Virus record (IMG/VR): IMGVR_UViG_3300030518_000006
Location: 1 to 64,000 of that record
DNA length: 64,000 bases
From: a virus
Strand: one strand, 5' to 3'
Shown: positions 17,119 to 27,622 of the stretch, piece after piece
Position numbering within the stretch: the first letter of the stretch is position 1
Layout of the letters: every line of letters starts with the position of its first letter
Made by a program: the position numbers and the translations under genes
The notes under the pieces: generated by a model
Told to the model about the DNA's origin: nothing
What the model saw: the letters and a program-made list of their open reading frames with translations, nothing else
Databases searched by the model: none

Positions 17119-17762
17119 CTACCCCCTGGGACGCCATCTTCGCCAGCATGCAGTGGGGCCGCTACCCCAGCGAGATGGTGGTGCGGGAGGTGATGGGCTT
17201 CCTCCCACGGCTGCGCATCGATCAGCTGGAGGCCTTGGATCTCGGCTGTGGCGCGGGGGCGCATGCGGCCCTGCTGGCTGAGAACGGGTTCCAGGTCGTC
17301 GCGGTCGACAGCTCGGCAGAGGCGTTGAAGCAGGCCGATGCCACCTGCTTCACTCGCAGCGTGCAGGTGATGGTGCAGCTGGTCCGGGCTGACTATATCG
17401 CCGCATGGCAGCATCTCCACGGCAAGCGGTACAACGTCGTCCTCGACTGGCTCTCCTTGACGCACGCTCCCCCGTCGAAGGTTGTCGAGGTGGCCAAGCG
17501 CACGGTCGAGGATCATCTGGCAGCTCCCGGACGGTATATCCTGGGGGTGTTCGGTACCCAGACCGATCCGGCAGCCCTGGAGGGGCGCCCACCGGTCGTT
17601 CGCTGGTCAGACCTGGACCTGGCAGATCTCGGTCAGTCCCTGTCGATTGCAGCGCTCGGGCGTGGCGGCAGCACCACGACCCGCTATCATCTCGAGGAGC
17701 AGATCTACACTAGGACGGGCAGACGTGTGCAGATCTGGTGCCTCGTGATCGAGAACGACTGA
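17115..17762 (+). CDS. Class I SAM-dependent methyltransferase
   Basis: ALDLGCGAG, VVAVDSS, VRADY. Confidence 0.85.
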   Translation: MTTPWDAIFASMQWGRYPSEMVVREVMGFLPRLRIDQLEALDLGCGAGAHAALLAENGFQVVAVDSSAEALKQADATCFTRSVQVMVQLVRADYIAAWQHLHGKRYNVVLDWLSLTHAPPSKVVEVAKRTVEDHLAAPGRYILGVFGTQTDPAALEGRPPVVRWSDLDLADLGQSLSIAALGRGGSTTTRYHLEEQIYTRTGRRVQIWCLVIEND

Positions 17763-17765
17763 CGC

Positions 17766-19559
17766 ATGGTCCTCATCGCCTATAAGCACGAAACCCGCAA
17801 CAAAGCCCTGCATCTGCGGGTGGAACAATCGCTGTTCTCGACCGCGATGAAGGACCGCCTGCAGCGTGTCGGGACACCCGCGCGATGGGTGGCTGAAAAA
17901 TCGGCATGGGACTGGCCCATCAGCCCGACGGTCGTCATCAATCTCCACACCATCGCCCAGGAGACCGGGGAGACCGTCGAGTGGCGCGATGGGCTGCTGG
18001 AGTTCGCCGAGGCACACATCAAGCAGAATGATGCGGAGCATCAGGTTCGGCTCGCAATCGAGCGGATCATCCAGGAGAAGCCGCCGCTCGACGCCTATGT
18101 CACCCGCCAGCAGAAGGACGATGGAACGCCGCTGCTCCCGCTCTATCACCAGCAGGTCGCCTTCCATTGGTCCCAGCGGGTGGGCGGCCTTCTGCTGGCC
18201 TGGGACCCTGGAACGGGGAAGGGCAGAGCTGCCACTGATGCTTCCGGCGGCTGGTACCGGCATAATCAGATCCGGCCCATGGAGAGTGTCGTCAAGGACG
18301 GCAAGCCGGCGGTCCAGGGCGGGGTCCTGGTGGTTGCTCCGCCTGACATGCTCAAGACCTGGGAGACCGAGACCAAACTCTGGCAGAGCGCCACCGGGAT
18401 CATCATCCGCGGCGACACGGTGCGCAAGACCCGGTTGGCCGGGACGCCGGCGCATTATCACATCGTGAATTACCAGAATTTGAAGTATGTGCAGCATAAC
18501 GACTATGACGGCCTGATCGTCGATGAAATCGATGCCTGCGCCAATGCGAGTATCCAGACAGGCCACGTTCGGGTACTCGCCCAGCGGGCCCGGAAGCGGC
18601 TCGGTCTCTCGGCCACCCCGATCGCCAATAAGCTCGAATCCATCTTCTACCCGATGCTGATCATCGACGGGGGTAAGAGCCTGGGCGCATCCAAGACCAC
18701 GTTCCTCGAAAAATTCTTCAACGCGGAATCCGTCTTCGGATCGCCCGCACCCAAGTACGAGGCCAAGGAGGGGGCCGAGCAGCTGATCGCCGCGGCCATG
18801 GCGGAGTCGACCTACTTCGTCACCAAGAAGGAAGTGCTGCCCTACCTGCCGGAGAAGACCCACACCCCGCGCCACCTGGAGATGACCCCTGACCAGGCCC
18901 GGTATTACAAGCAGGTGAAGACCGAGGCCGAGATCTTCATCCAGGATGCCACGGTCACCATCGAACAGGCCAGTGCGCGGATGATGAAGCTCCTACAGAT
19001 CTGCCAAGGTTTCGTGCTTGCCGATGGCGCGGCCGGCGGTCGGCATTTCAACGACGTGAAGACCGACGTGCTGATGCGTTTGCTGACCGGTTCCATGTCC
19101 GATCGCAAGGTGATCGTCTGGGCATACTTCACTTACGAGATCGACCGGATCGTCGCCCAGCTCCAGGCGTACGGCATTCCGCACATCCGCATGGATGGTC
19201 AGGTCTCCCAGAAGCAGCGGGACCAGGACAAGGATCGGTGGAATAAGGACAGTGACTTGCGTGTCGCGGTACGCCAGATAGGGATGAGCGCTGGGGTGAC
19301 CATGCATGCGGCAGAGGCCGAGATCACCTGTTACGACATGATCTATATGGGCTTGAGTTACAAGTACCGCGACTGGGTCCAGAGCCAGGACCGCATTCAC
19401 CGCATTGGCCAGACGAATCACTGCTCCTATACCTATCTCCTGACCGAGAACGGTCTTGATCGCCACGTCTACGACGTGTGCCTCGACAAGTACACCACCG
19501 TTGAACGGGTGCATAGCATGGGCAAGAACTTCTTCCTCAATCTCTTGCGTTCCGCCTGA
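17766..19559 (+). CDS. SNF2-family (SF2) helicase/ATPase
   Basis: WDPGTGKG, LIVDEID, LSATPIAN, KLLQICQGF, GVTM, QSQDRIHRIGQ. Confidence 0.9.
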   Translation: MVLIAYKHETRNKALHLRVEQSLFSTAMKDRLQRVGTPARWVAEKSAWDWPISPTVVINLHTIAQETGETVEWRDGLLEFAEAHIKQNDAEHQVRLAIERIIQEKPPLDAYVTRQQKDDGTPLLPLYHQQVAFHWSQRVGGLLLAWDPGTGKGRAATDASGGWYRHNQIRPMESVVKDGKPAVQGGVLVVAPPDMLKTWETETKLWQSATGIIIRGDTVRKTRLAGTPAHYHIVNYQNLKYVQHNDYDGLIVDEIDACANASIQTGHVRVLAQRARKRLGLSATPIANKLESIFYPMLIIDGGKSLGASKTTFLEKFFNAESVFGSPAPKYEAKEGAEQLIAAAMAESTYFVTKKEVLPYLPEKTHTPRHLEMTPDQARYYKQVKTEAEIFIQDATVTIEQASARMMKLLQICQGFVLADGAAGGRHFNDVKTDVLMRLLTGSMSDRKVIVWAYFTYEIDRIVAQLQAYGIPHIRMDGQVSQKQRDQDKDRWNKDSDLRVAVRQIGMSAGVTMHAAEAEITCYDMIYMGLSYKYRDWVQSQDRIHRIGQTNHCSYTYLLTENGLDRHVYDVCLDKYTTVERVHSMGKNFFLNLLRSA

Positions 19560-19642
19560 CGACTAAGGCTTGCGTTACAGCCTGTGGCCGACCCTTGCGC
19601 CCAGGGGTACGTATCCTAGGCTGACCAGCCCTAGGAGTTATC

Positions 19643-21547
19643 ATGGACGGCCTTCCCACTCTTCCCGCACTCCCAACGGCCCAGCCACCGCCCGCAGTCC
19701 TCCCGGCAGGCTTTGGCGCCCCTGCGGCCCAGCCCCAGCGCGCCGCGAATCCGGTGGGACGCCCCTCCAATGACCCGGTGCAGCAAGAGCAGCGTGCCGC
19801 CCGATCCCAGGAGCAACAGCGGCTCCAGAGCCTGACACCCCAGCGGGCGAAGGACTCGAAGCTCTACTGCTTCAAGGTGGTCCGTGGGCGTGCTGAGCGG
19901 GCACCGGTCGCCAAGCTCCTGGCGTCCGCGATCGAGGAGCGGCGCAAGACGATGCCGGGGGAGACCGAGGACGACCAGCTCGATGCCGCGGTGATCAATC
20001 TGCTGCCCCCAGAGCTCGATCACGTCATGCTGCGGTGCCAGTGGTACGACAAGGGCGGGCGCCCTATCGCCGACACCCAGTCCTGGGACATCACCATCGG
20101 GGATCCGCCGGATGAGAACGATGCCGGGCCCGAAGAACTCGGCCCTGATAACGTCGACCCGGCCCTGTATGAGCCGGAGCCGCCGACCGCGCAGGTCTTT
20201 CCGACCCAGCAGACCATGCCCCCACCCCCGCCGGCACTCGATCTGGGCACCATCGCCCGGTCCTTCCGGGAGGAGCGCAACGACGAACGCCAGAACAGCG
20301 CGGGGCAGTTCCAGGTGATCGTCGGGATGATGCAGCAATCGAGCCAGCTGCAGATCCAGATGGCGCAACAGGCCCGGCAGGATGCCGCGGCGGCCGAGGA
20401 GCGCGCGGAGAAGCGCCGGGCCGAATTCCGCACCATGCTGCTCGGCCTGGTACCGCTGGTGCTTCCCATGGTGCAGAACATGTTCGGCCCGAAGGGGATG
20501 AGCCCCGAGACCACCGCCCTGGTCGATGTGTTGAAGAACAACGCGTCGAACAAGGGCACCGATGCGGTGATGATCGACACGATGTTCAAGCTGCAGAGCA
20601 AGATGACCGAGAACGCCATGGAGCTCCAAACGAAGGCTGCCGGCAGCGCCGCGGCCATGCAGGCCCAGGTGAGCGACCTGATGTTCAAGAACCTGCTCAG
20701 CACGTTGAAGGAGACCATGGAATTGAAGTCCAAGCCGGCCGAAGAGAAGGAGCCCGGCATGATGGAGATGATCGGTCAGCTCGCCGGGCCCGTCATCAGT
20801 GCCATCACAGGCAATCAGCAGCCGGGTCAGCAGCCGGCCCTGGAGACCCAGCAGCAGCCGCCGCCTCCGCAGCAGCAGCGGCGCCAGCAGCGCCCGCCAC
20901 CCCCGCCCCCGGCTCCGCCGGCGCCCACGGGTCAGGTGGCGCCTCCGCCCCCGGCTCCACCCAAGCAGCGCCCGCCTCCTGAGAGCTACCCGGACAAGAA
21001 GCGCATCCAGATGGCTGTGCTGTGCATCCGCCGGATGGCCCTAGGGGAGTTCGCCCCCGAGAAGCACTGGGAGGCCATCGCGTTCGCCACCCGGTGGATG
21101 CCCAATGCCCTGCGCGCCGCGGTGAAGGCACAGGACGAGCAGCAGGTCATGTCCCTCAGCACCGAAGCGGCCCTGGGCGATTCGACCGTCATCCAGTGGG
21201 TCACTGACCAGGAGAACCTGGCCTTCCTGCGGCGCATGCTGGCCGACGTCCGGCTCTTCCTCCTGGCCGAGGGCAACCTGGCCAACCTCACCGATGAGCA
21301 GAAGCAGGCCGGCATCATCGAGCACCGCAAGACGGTCGAGCAGCGCCGTCGTAGCCAGCAGCTGTCGACAGCCGCTGCGAATGCGGCCCAGATGGCGCAC
21401 AACAGCCCGCCGCTGCCCGGGGAGGGTGTTGCCGCCCAGTCCAAGCCGGTCGAGGCCTCGGTGGTCACGGATCCGGCCGCGATGGTCGCCAACCCGTCAT
21501 CGGCCGCGATCCCGGAGGCGACTGTCGTACCGCCTGCAGGAGGCTGA
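19643..21547 (+). CDS. Large Pro/Gln/Met-rich hypothetical protein
   Basis: AGGAG RBS; 634 aa, GC3-rich; helical Met-rich centre. Confidence 0.75.
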   Translation: MDGLPTLPALPTAQPPPAVLPAGFGAPAAQPQRAANPVGRPSNDPVQQEQRAARSQEQQRLQSLTPQRAKDSKLYCFKVVRGRAERAPVAKLLASAIEERRKTMPGETEDDQLDAAVINLLPPELDHVMLRCQWYDKGGRPIADTQSWDITIGDPPDENDAGPEELGPDNVDPALYEPEPPTAQVFPTQQTMPPPPPALDLGTIARSFREERNDERQNSAGQFQVIVGMMQQSSQLQIQMAQQARQDAAAAEERAEKRRAEFRTMLLGLVPLVLPMVQNMFGPKGMSPETTALVDVLKNNASNKGTDAVMIDTMFKLQSKMTENAMELQTKAAGSAAAMQAQVSDLMFKNLLSTLKETMELKSKPAEEKEPGMMEMIGQLAGPVISAITGNQQPGQQPALETQQQPPPPQQQRRQQRPPPPPPAPPAPTGQVAPPPPAPPKQRPPPESYPDKKRIQMAVLCIRRMALGEFAPEKHWEAIAFATRWMPNALRAAVKAQDEQQVMSLSTEAALGDSTVIQWVTDQENLAFLRRMLADVRLFLLAEGNLANLTDEQKQAGIIEHRKTVEQRRRSQQLSTAAANAAQMAHNSPPLPGEGVAAQSKPVEASVVTDPAAMVANPSSAAIPEATVVPPAGG

Positions 21548-21548
21548 G

Positions 21549-22055
21549 GTGCCCCGCATCATTGCCTTGCAACCGACCGAGACGACCGTGGTCGACCTGG
21601 GGTACTTCGCCTGGCGCCTGGGGATCGACGCGACCACGATCCAGACCAGGGAGGGGCCCGTCCCGTGCTTCTCCCTGGTCTACCGGTATACCCCGCAGCA
21701 GCTGGTCGCGTTTCGTCCGCAGGACGGGGTGATGCTCCCTCTATCGGATGCCGCCATGGTTCCCCTGGTGCGCCGGGAAGCGGATTTCCAGCAGCATCTG
21801 CAGACCAGCGATCTCAAGCCGGTGACCCAGGTCGCGCTCACCCGCGGCAACCAGGCTGACGACATCGTCCGGATGACGGAGGCCTATCAGCTCTTCCGCA
21901 ATGGACGCCCGAATACCGATCGTCTCGAGGCCTGCATTGCCGACAGCAGCCTGATCATCGCGGCCTACTGGGATATCCGGGCATGGCTCAAGACGGGGAT
22001 GAAGGCGGAAACGCGCCTCACGGTACTCCAGACCGAGCTGGTGCTCCTGCCATGA
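21549..22055 (+). CDS. Hypothetical protein
   Basis: GTG start at 21549 after AGGAGG. Confidence 0.65.
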   Translation: MPRIIALQPTETTVVDLGYFAWRLGIDATTIQTREGPVPCFSLVYRYTPQQLVAFRPQDGVMLPLSDAAMVPLVRREADFQQHLQTSDLKPVTQVALTRGNQADDIVRMTEAYQLFRNGRPNTDRLEACIADSSLIIAAYWDIRAWLKTGMKAETRLTVLQTELVLLP

Positions 22056-23008
22056 GTGACCCGGAATTCATCGCGGCGATGGCGGAGAAGAAGGAGAAGG
22101 AGAAAGAGAAGAAGGCGAAGAAAACGCGTGTCCGTCGCACTATAAACGGCGTAGGAACATTTCGCCATCGCTGCTACTGGGGGCGTCCGACCAAGGTCGG
22201 ATGGCTCGTCCAGCTGACGTTCCGCTGTGATCTCTACGATATGCCCACCTCGTTCCACTGGAACGATCGCGATCTGGACGGGGTGCAGCGCTACATCGAT
22301 GCTCTGGTTGCCGGGCGCACGACCGAGGCGCGTATCATCGAGGATACGGGCCTTGTGCTCGACCTGAAATACCAGATGCACGATCCGAACACCAAGCCGA
22401 TCATGGTGCAGGTGAAGGACTTTGTCGATTTTCTGCTCCTGCGTGGTCATATCGAACTGCCGGCGCATCGGCGCATATTATTCGTTACGAGCGTGAAATA
22501 TCACGCGTTTGTACCGGCCGAGTTCATCGCTGCGGTAAGCCAGCTGCCTGGTCTTGAATTCCTGCAGCGTCATACGGATGGATGGGAGCCGGGGCGTCCG
22601 GCGGATTTCGATAAGCTCGGGCTGAAAGCGGAAGAGGTCACCACGAATCTGGGCATCACTCATCCCCAACATACGGCCCTCGCACTCGCCAGGCCTGACG
22701 AGATCGCCGGCGCGGCCCCCACCCTTGCCCCCTCCCCTCTCCCCGCCAGCGAGGCGCCTCCCAGCAGCGCGTCGATCGCGCTGGAGGTGCCTCCCGCCGA
22801 GTCCGAGATCACCCGCAAGGCCCGGGAGAAGCACTTCGAATTGATTACCGCGGTCAAGCCACGTGACGGCCGGACCTACTTCGTCCGTCGCCTCTCCACC
22901 TATGGTGGCCAGCTGCTGTGGGCGGGAACGTCCTTCCAGTTCGAGGGGCCGTGGATCGAGTATGCGCGGGAGAATGCGCTGCTGATCGGGCTAGGTATCG
23001 AGCCGTGA
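22052..23008 (+). CDS. Hypothetical protein
   Basis: ATGA-coupled start MSDPEF; last gene of the + arm. Confidence 0.7.
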   Translation: MSDPEFIAAMAEKKEKEKEKKAKKTRVRRTINGVGTFRHRCYWGRPTKVGWLVQLTFRCDLYDMPTSFHWNDRDLDGVQRYIDALVAGRTTEARIIEDTGLVLDLKYQMHDPNTKPIMVQVKDFVDFLLLRGHIELPAHRRILFVTSVKYHAFVPAEFIAAVSQLPGLEFLQRHTDGWEPGRPADFDKLGLKAEEVTTNLGITHPQHTALALARPDEIAGAAPTLAPSPLPASEAPPSSASIALEVPPAESEITRKAREKHFELITAVKPRDGRTYFVRRLSTYGGQLLWAGTSFQFEGPWIEYARENALLIGLGIEP

Positions 23009-23063
23009 AGGCGACGACCAGCGCGGAGCTGATCGCGGAGATGGCGCCGCATGTAGCTAGGCT

Positions 23064-23462
23064 TTATCGCCGAGTCAGCGCGAAAAACAGGCCGCCGAAT
23101 GCCAAGAATACGGCCAGCTTCATCCCCGGGCTCATCCCCTGGGCCGGCGGATCCTCGCCCATCCCCACCTGGGTGAATTCCTGGTCGTCGAGCTCGTCGT
23201 CGTCTTCCATGTCGTGAGCGTCGTTGCCGGAGCGCGCCTGCACATCCATCCGGCGCCCGGTGCCAACCAGGTCATCATCGACGCGGGTCAGCTCGGCATT
23301 GTCCCAGCGCCGTGCGCGGTTCACCGAGATCACGTCCATCGGCTCGCCGACGTCCAAGCTATCATCATCGTCGCGCTGGGTGGTATTCACCCCCATGCCG
23401 GCGCGCGGGTCGATGGAGGCGACGGACTCAAGCGGGTTGTTCTGGCGGGCGAGGCGGGGCAT
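23064..23462 (-). CDS. Acidic protein with C-terminal membrane anchor (putative virion membrane protein)
   Basis: Ends LAVFLAFGGLFFALTRR; AGMG and VGMG motifs, RQNNP. Confidence 0.7.
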   Translation of the reverse strand: MPRLARQNNPLESVASIDPRAGMGVNTTQRDDDDSLDVGEPMDVISVNRARRWDNAELTRVDDDLVGTGRRMDVQARSGNDAHDMEDDDELDDQEFTQVGMGEDPPAQGMSPGMKLAVFLAFGGLFFALTRR

Positions 23463-23483
23463 GGCAGGTCCGATCGGAGGGGG

Positions 23484-23861
23484 TTAGACGAAGCTGGCCA
23501 TGGGTGGCGAGGACTGGTCATCGGGCTGCCCGGTCGGGGTCACCGGGGTGAAGGAGGCGTCCTGGATGGGCCCGGACGGCAGAGTGGAGACGGGCTTCTT
23601 GGCCTGCTCGAAGCTGCCCAGCACGGCGTTGATGGTCAGGGCCGCCGCGACGATCGACACGGCCGGGGCGATGTCCTGGACGATGTTGCCGATGGTCGCC
23701 TGACCCTTCGCCTTCCGCTGGCGCCAATAGTGCCAGGTCAGCCCGGCGAGCGGGAGCGAGGCCCACCAGTACTTGATCACGCCGCGCGCGAGGGGCGTGT
23801 TGACCAGCTGGGACAGCCCGGCCAGGGCTTGTTCGCGCGTGATGGGTTCAGGCGTCGGCAT
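23484..23861 (-). CDS. Membrane protein
   Basis: Two hydrophobic segments. Confidence 0.7.
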   Translation of the reverse strand: MPTPEPITREQALAGLSQLVNTPLARGVIKYWWASLPLAGLTWHYWRQRKAKGQATIGNIVQDIAPAVSIVAAALTINAVLGSFEQAKKPVSTLPSGPIQDASFTPVTPTGQPDDQSSPPMASFV

Positions 23862-24108
23862 GGCGGGACTTCCGCGAGCGCTTGGTGGAATAGACGTAGA
23901 GGGCGACCAGGGCGACGACCACGACCACCAGGATCAGAGTCGATTTCTTGACCACTAGCTGCCCGATCCTGACCACTTCGACGGGTGCCTGGGCCGGCGC
24001 CTCGCCCGGGGCCTCGGTGAGCGCGGTGGTGGCACCGCCGGCGTCGAGATCGGCGCCGAACTGCTCCTGGGCGTCCTCCAGGTAGCCGTTCTCCATGTAG
24101 CTGGGCAT
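23848..24108 (-). CDS. Small protein with C-terminal membrane anchor
   Basis: Start MPSYMEN (TGATG overlap); LILVVVVVALVALYVY then KRSRK. Confidence 0.7.
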   Translation of the reverse strand: MPSYMENGYLEDAQEQFGADLDAGGATTALTEAPGEAPAQAPVEVVRIGQLVVKKSTLILVVVVVALVALYVYSTKRSRKSRHADA

Positions 24109-24470
24109 CAGAAGAGCCTGCGCGCGAGCCAGGCGGCGGCGATTGAGCCGAGCACCAGCATGCCCAGGCTCTTCATCGGCATGGCCGGGGCGACGACCAT
24201 GGCGGCAGCCGGGGTGGCCGGGGCCGGGGTGCCGGAGGCGTCGTCCGCCTCGAGCCACATGCCAGGGGCGCGCTGGGACTTCCTGGCGTTCTTGCGCATG
24301 CGGGAGCGGTTGGGGGTGCTGCCGTCGTCAGCGCCGACGTCGGAGAACAGGGCTTCCTCGTCCTGGCTGGAGCCATAGGGATCGGGCATGGTGTCAGCCA
24401 GGGCGGTCCCCTGGGTGACGATGGTGGTGTCCCGGTCGGTGAGCATCAAGTCGTCATGGGGGTCGCGCAT
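24108..24470 (-). CDS. Protein with C-terminal membrane anchor
   Basis: Start MRDPHDD after AGGA; ends LGMLVLGSIAAAWLARRLF. Confidence 0.7.
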   Translation of the reverse strand: MRDPHDDLMLTDRDTTIVTQGTALADTMPDPYGSSQDEEALFSDVGADDGSTPNRSRMRKNARKSQRAPGMWLEADDASGTPAPATPAAAMVVAPAMPMKSLGMLVLGSIAAAWLARRLF

Positions 24471-24647
24471 GGGAAGTCCTCGCATAGGGCAGGCTACGTA
24501 GGGGGGTTGGCGGTGCAAGCGGCGGTCAGGAGAGGCGCTTCGGGAGGGTGCGCCGGCGGGGGATGAAGGCCCGGGTGGCTTTGCAGCTCGGGCCGTGGCG
24601 TGGGGGCCAGGCGGGGCCGCGGCGGGCGGTGAAGACGGGGCGGCGGG

Positions 24648-25697
24648 TCATACCTCCTCCACGGTGATGCCTTTGTAGCGGTCGTCCAAGGTGATGGCGT
24701 GACCGGGGTCGGTGATGATGGGGGTGTGACCGATCTCGCCGAGCAGGGCCGGAGTGCCAGGCATACCGATGTTGCTGGTATGGACATCGGCGAGCAGCAG
24801 GCCGTGGTCGTTGAGGCAGTCGCCGAGGGCGCTGCCGATCTCGGCACCCATCGGTTCACCTTGTAAATCGTCCGCATTCTGGTTGAACCGCTGGAGCTGG
24901 AAGGCGAGTTGCAGGATCTTGTCGCGACCGTAGGCAGCACGCTCTCCCATTTCCCACGCGTCGTCGCGGCGGTTCATCGCCTTCTGGAGGATCTCGTGCG
25001 CATTGGGCTTCTTGAGAATGTACTTGCGGATTGCACGACCGGCATCGAGGCAGTTGCCGAGACCCGCAGTGAGTTTTCGCAGGGACCTCAGATAGTAATC
25101 CTTCTCGCTGCTGAGTGCACCGGTGCGGATCCAGGTACCGATGGCATCAGAACCGACGTGGTTCGCTTCATCGCGGAGAAGAACGAACACCGGGCGTTTC
25201 AGGTGCGACTCACTCTTGATCGCCAGGAGCTTGTGGTATCGGACGACGCCGTCGGGTCGCTCGTGCTTGGGCCAAGAGAGATAGGCTGCGATGAATGCGG
25301 CCTCGGTCGCATCGGTAGTGACCTTGAAGACGAGGCCAGGCGTGCCGGTCGGCATGACGCAGCCGTAGTGGCCACAGCCGAATTCTTGGTAGCCTTTGAC
25401 TTTCTTCTTGGCCTGCTTCCGCAGTTTCGCGAGCACCCCTTCCGCTTCCTGTATGCTCCGCCGAAAATGGGCAGCCGCAGGAGCGTTCCCGGCAGCCTCA
25501 TCTTCACGCAGGTTCTTCTTGTGACCCTCGATGATTCTTTCCAGATCCGTGATGCCCTCGGTGATATCCTTCGGATGCTCCGTTCGAGCAATCGGCATGA
25601 AGGCCGCGCCAAATCGCTTCTCGATCGCAGCCCACTGCTTCCCTAGGATCTTGTCGGCCCACGGCGGATTCGAGCGGAAGTGTTTCATACGGGTCAT
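24648..25697 (-). CDS. Protein kinase-like (phosphotransferase) protein
   Basis: Gly loop GCGHYGCV, VFKVT lysine, LADVHTSNIG catalytic loop, ITDPG; N-terminal FRSNP. Confidence 0.8.
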   Translation of the reverse strand: MTRMKHFRSNPPWADKILGKQWAAIEKRFGAAFMPIARTEHPKDITEGITDLERIIEGHKKNLREDEAAGNAPAAAHFRRSIQEAEGVLAKLRKQAKKKVKGYQEFGCGHYGCVMPTGTPGLVFKVTTDATEAAFIAAYLSWPKHERPDGVVRYHKLLAIKSESHLKRPVFVLLRDEANHVGSDAIGTWIRTGALSSEKDYYLRSLRKLTAGLGNCLDAGRAIRKYILKKPNAHEILQKAMNRRDDAWEMGERAAYGRDKILQLAFQLQRFNQNADDLQGEPMGAEIGSALGDCLNDHGLLLADVHTSNIGMPGTPALLGEIGHTPIITDPGHAITLDDRYKGITVEEV

Positions 25698-25819
25698 GCG
25701 ACCCAGCCACGGCCGGTGATTACCCGACGAGGCGGGTTGCGCTTGACCGGCTTTCCTCGGGGACGCTTGGTCTGGTCGACCGCGGTGGCGTCGGGGGATG
25801 AGAGGGATTTGAGTTTCAT
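25694..25819 (-). CDS. Small basic peptide with KRNP motif (41 aa)
   Basis: Manual translation MKLKSLSSPDATAVDQTKRPRGKPVKRNPPRRVITGRGWVA; AAGG RBS, ATGA coupling to the kinase. Confidence 0.55.
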   Translation of the reverse strand: MKLKSLSSPDATAVDQTKRPRGKPVKRNPPRRVITGRGWVA

Positions 25820-25826
25820 GGCGACC

Positions 25827-27230
25827 TTATGAGCTTTGGTAGGCGCTTTGAGCTTTCACGTGATAGCCTATGTTGTTTTCTAGGATCATCAAAGCGAATT
25901 GTTCGAGGGTGTCGGGTCTGCTCCATCCACGGTAGTAGTCATCGAATTCTTTTGAATACGTGACGCGAACGCGACCCCACTGATCACCGAGTCTGTTGAT
26001 GAAATGATTGAAACCAGGATTCGTCAAAGTCATTTTTCCATCAGTAGCATTCCAATCGCCTTTGGTCAGAGGCAACCACCAGAGCACGACACCTCTTTTC
26101 ATACGGTCGACGTAGAGTCGGCCTTTGGCTACGTCCATCTGCACAGGTTTCTTCGCGGCTAGACGCGCTGCTTTTTTCGCAGCGACTTCGGCGACGAGTG
26201 ATGGATCGGCATACTCGGTGAAGAGCAGACCGGAGATAGCATTATCTTTTATTTTGGAGTCGACACGCCCAAGCTCACGAACGAAGGTAGCATCATGTGT
26301 GCTGAGCACATTGTGCCACCATATACCAGAGCGACGAGATGTCGTCATATCTGCTTTGATCGCTTGAAGCAGAGCCGCTTGTTCCTGTGGCTCGACTTCG
26401 TTTCTGGCGAAGACTTCATCGCGATAGTGGTGGCATATTTCGTGCACGACGACACGCCAGATACTGTGAGCATCGTAGAGTTCAAACAGCTTTTTATTCA
26501 GTGAGATCGTGCGCTTGTTTGTGGTTTTTCCAGTACCAGGGGCATAAGCAAGGCCAAGCGCTGCTTTGCCGCTGTGCAGCATGATTTCAAGGAAAGAAGG
26601 TTTCCATACGGGGTTTCCGGCGCTTCTCCACGTCCAGACAGCAGACCCATCGGCAACACCTTTTGAGCAGATCTGATGGATCTGCTCCATGGTGTAGTGC
26701 CCGACTTTCTTGCCGTACCCTGAATAGGTGATCGGGCCGAAAGGCCCTGCAAGTTTGATGACTGCGTTTTCTGGCGCGGGGGTGTCGTACGCGACGAGTA
26801 ATTGCAGGGCGTTCGGGTCGGACGCAGGGAGCTTTGCTCGCCTGGAAATATCTTTTTTCGCCCACTCAAGGGGAGCGCGATATTCTGAGGTAAGCGATGA
26901 GAGCGAGCGGATTGCAGTATACTTTGAGTCACGAGGAAGGTAATTCCCCGAGAATTTAATACCGTACGAACGCTTTCCTTCATGCACTCCTATTGATATC
27001 GTTTCTGGAGCTATCATGGATCTGACAGCGTATGACCAAACTTTTCCGTTGCTGGTCACGCTGAGGATGCATTTGCTCTTATAGGGCTGGATGTACGACA
27101 CTCGCCCTTCGAACTCATCAAGACTCGCCAGCGACTGCTTGATTAGAGGAGCGTCAGGAGTGGGAATATACCCGAGGAATCCGTGGACGATGCCATCGGT
27201 CCATATATAGGTGCTGCTGCGGCGTTTCAT
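25827..27230 (-). CDS. SprT-like zinc metalloprotease domain protein (low GC)
   Basis: Start MKRRSS; LGLAY...ISLN...VVVHEICHH...HDATF. Confidence 0.75.
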   Translation of the reverse strand: MKRRSSTYIWTDGIVHGFLGYIPTPDAPLIKQSLASLDEFEGRVSYIQPYKSKCILSVTSNGKVWSYAVRSMIAPETISIGVHEGKRSYGIKFSGNYLPRDSKYTAIRSLSSLTSEYRAPLEWAKKDISRRAKLPASDPNALQLLVAYDTPAPENAVIKLAGPFGPITYSGYGKKVGHYTMEQIHQICSKGVADGSAVWTWRSAGNPVWKPSFLEIMLHSGKAALGLAYAPGTGKTTNKRTISLNKKLFELYDAHSIWRVVVHEICHHYRDEVFARNEVEPQEQAALLQAIKADMTTSRRSGIWWHNVLSTHDATFVRELGRVDSKIKDNAISGLLFTEYADPSLVAEVAAKKAARLAAKKPVQMDVAKGRLYVDRMKRGVVLWWLPLTKGDWNATDGKMTLTNPGFNHFINRLGDQWGRVRVTYSKEFDDYYRGWSRPDTLEQFALMILENNIGYHVKAQSAYQSS

Positions 27231-27622
27231 AGGGCACTCAAGAACGCCTTGTCCGTCCACACCCCCGGCTTCAGCAGCGCCTGCAGCCCGGCGGTCTTGA
27301 GCGTGGTGTACATGAGCGGGCCATAGACCGGGTTCAGGCTGTGCACGATGAAATGGGTGCGCTGGAAATGGGCCTTGTTCGTCACGATCCAATCCACCAC
27401 GTCCATCCCGTTGCCGGTGACCGCGGCGTTCAAGGACTGCTGCAGGTCCAGGTCATAGTCGAGGAACACGATCGCATACGTGTAGAGCTTGAGCATGCTG
27501 ATCGCATCGGACGCGGTCGACACGAGGGTCAGGTCGTTGCCGAGGCCGTTGGTCAGGGCCCGCCGGAAGGCGACAAGGCGGTCCTGGTCATCGTCTAGCA
27601 CAAGCAGATTGTACCCGCTCAT
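27227..27622 (-). CDS. Stand-alone receiver domain (cyclic-phosphate-processing REC type)
   Basis: LVLDDD, VFLDYDL, GMDVVDWI, IVHSLNPVYG. Confidence 0.8.
   Translation of the reverse strand: MSGYNLLVLDDDQDRLVAFRRALTNGLGNDLTLVSTASDAISMLKLYTYAIVFLDYDLDLQQSLNAAVTGNGMDVVDWIVTNKAHFQRTHFIVHSLNPVYGPLMYTTLKTAGLQALLKPGVWTDKAFLSAL

Noticed and set aside
19643-21547. Tail tape-measure or terminase identity for large unknown ORFs
   Set aside because: No Walker or nuclease motifs and no tail-gene context; left as hypothetical
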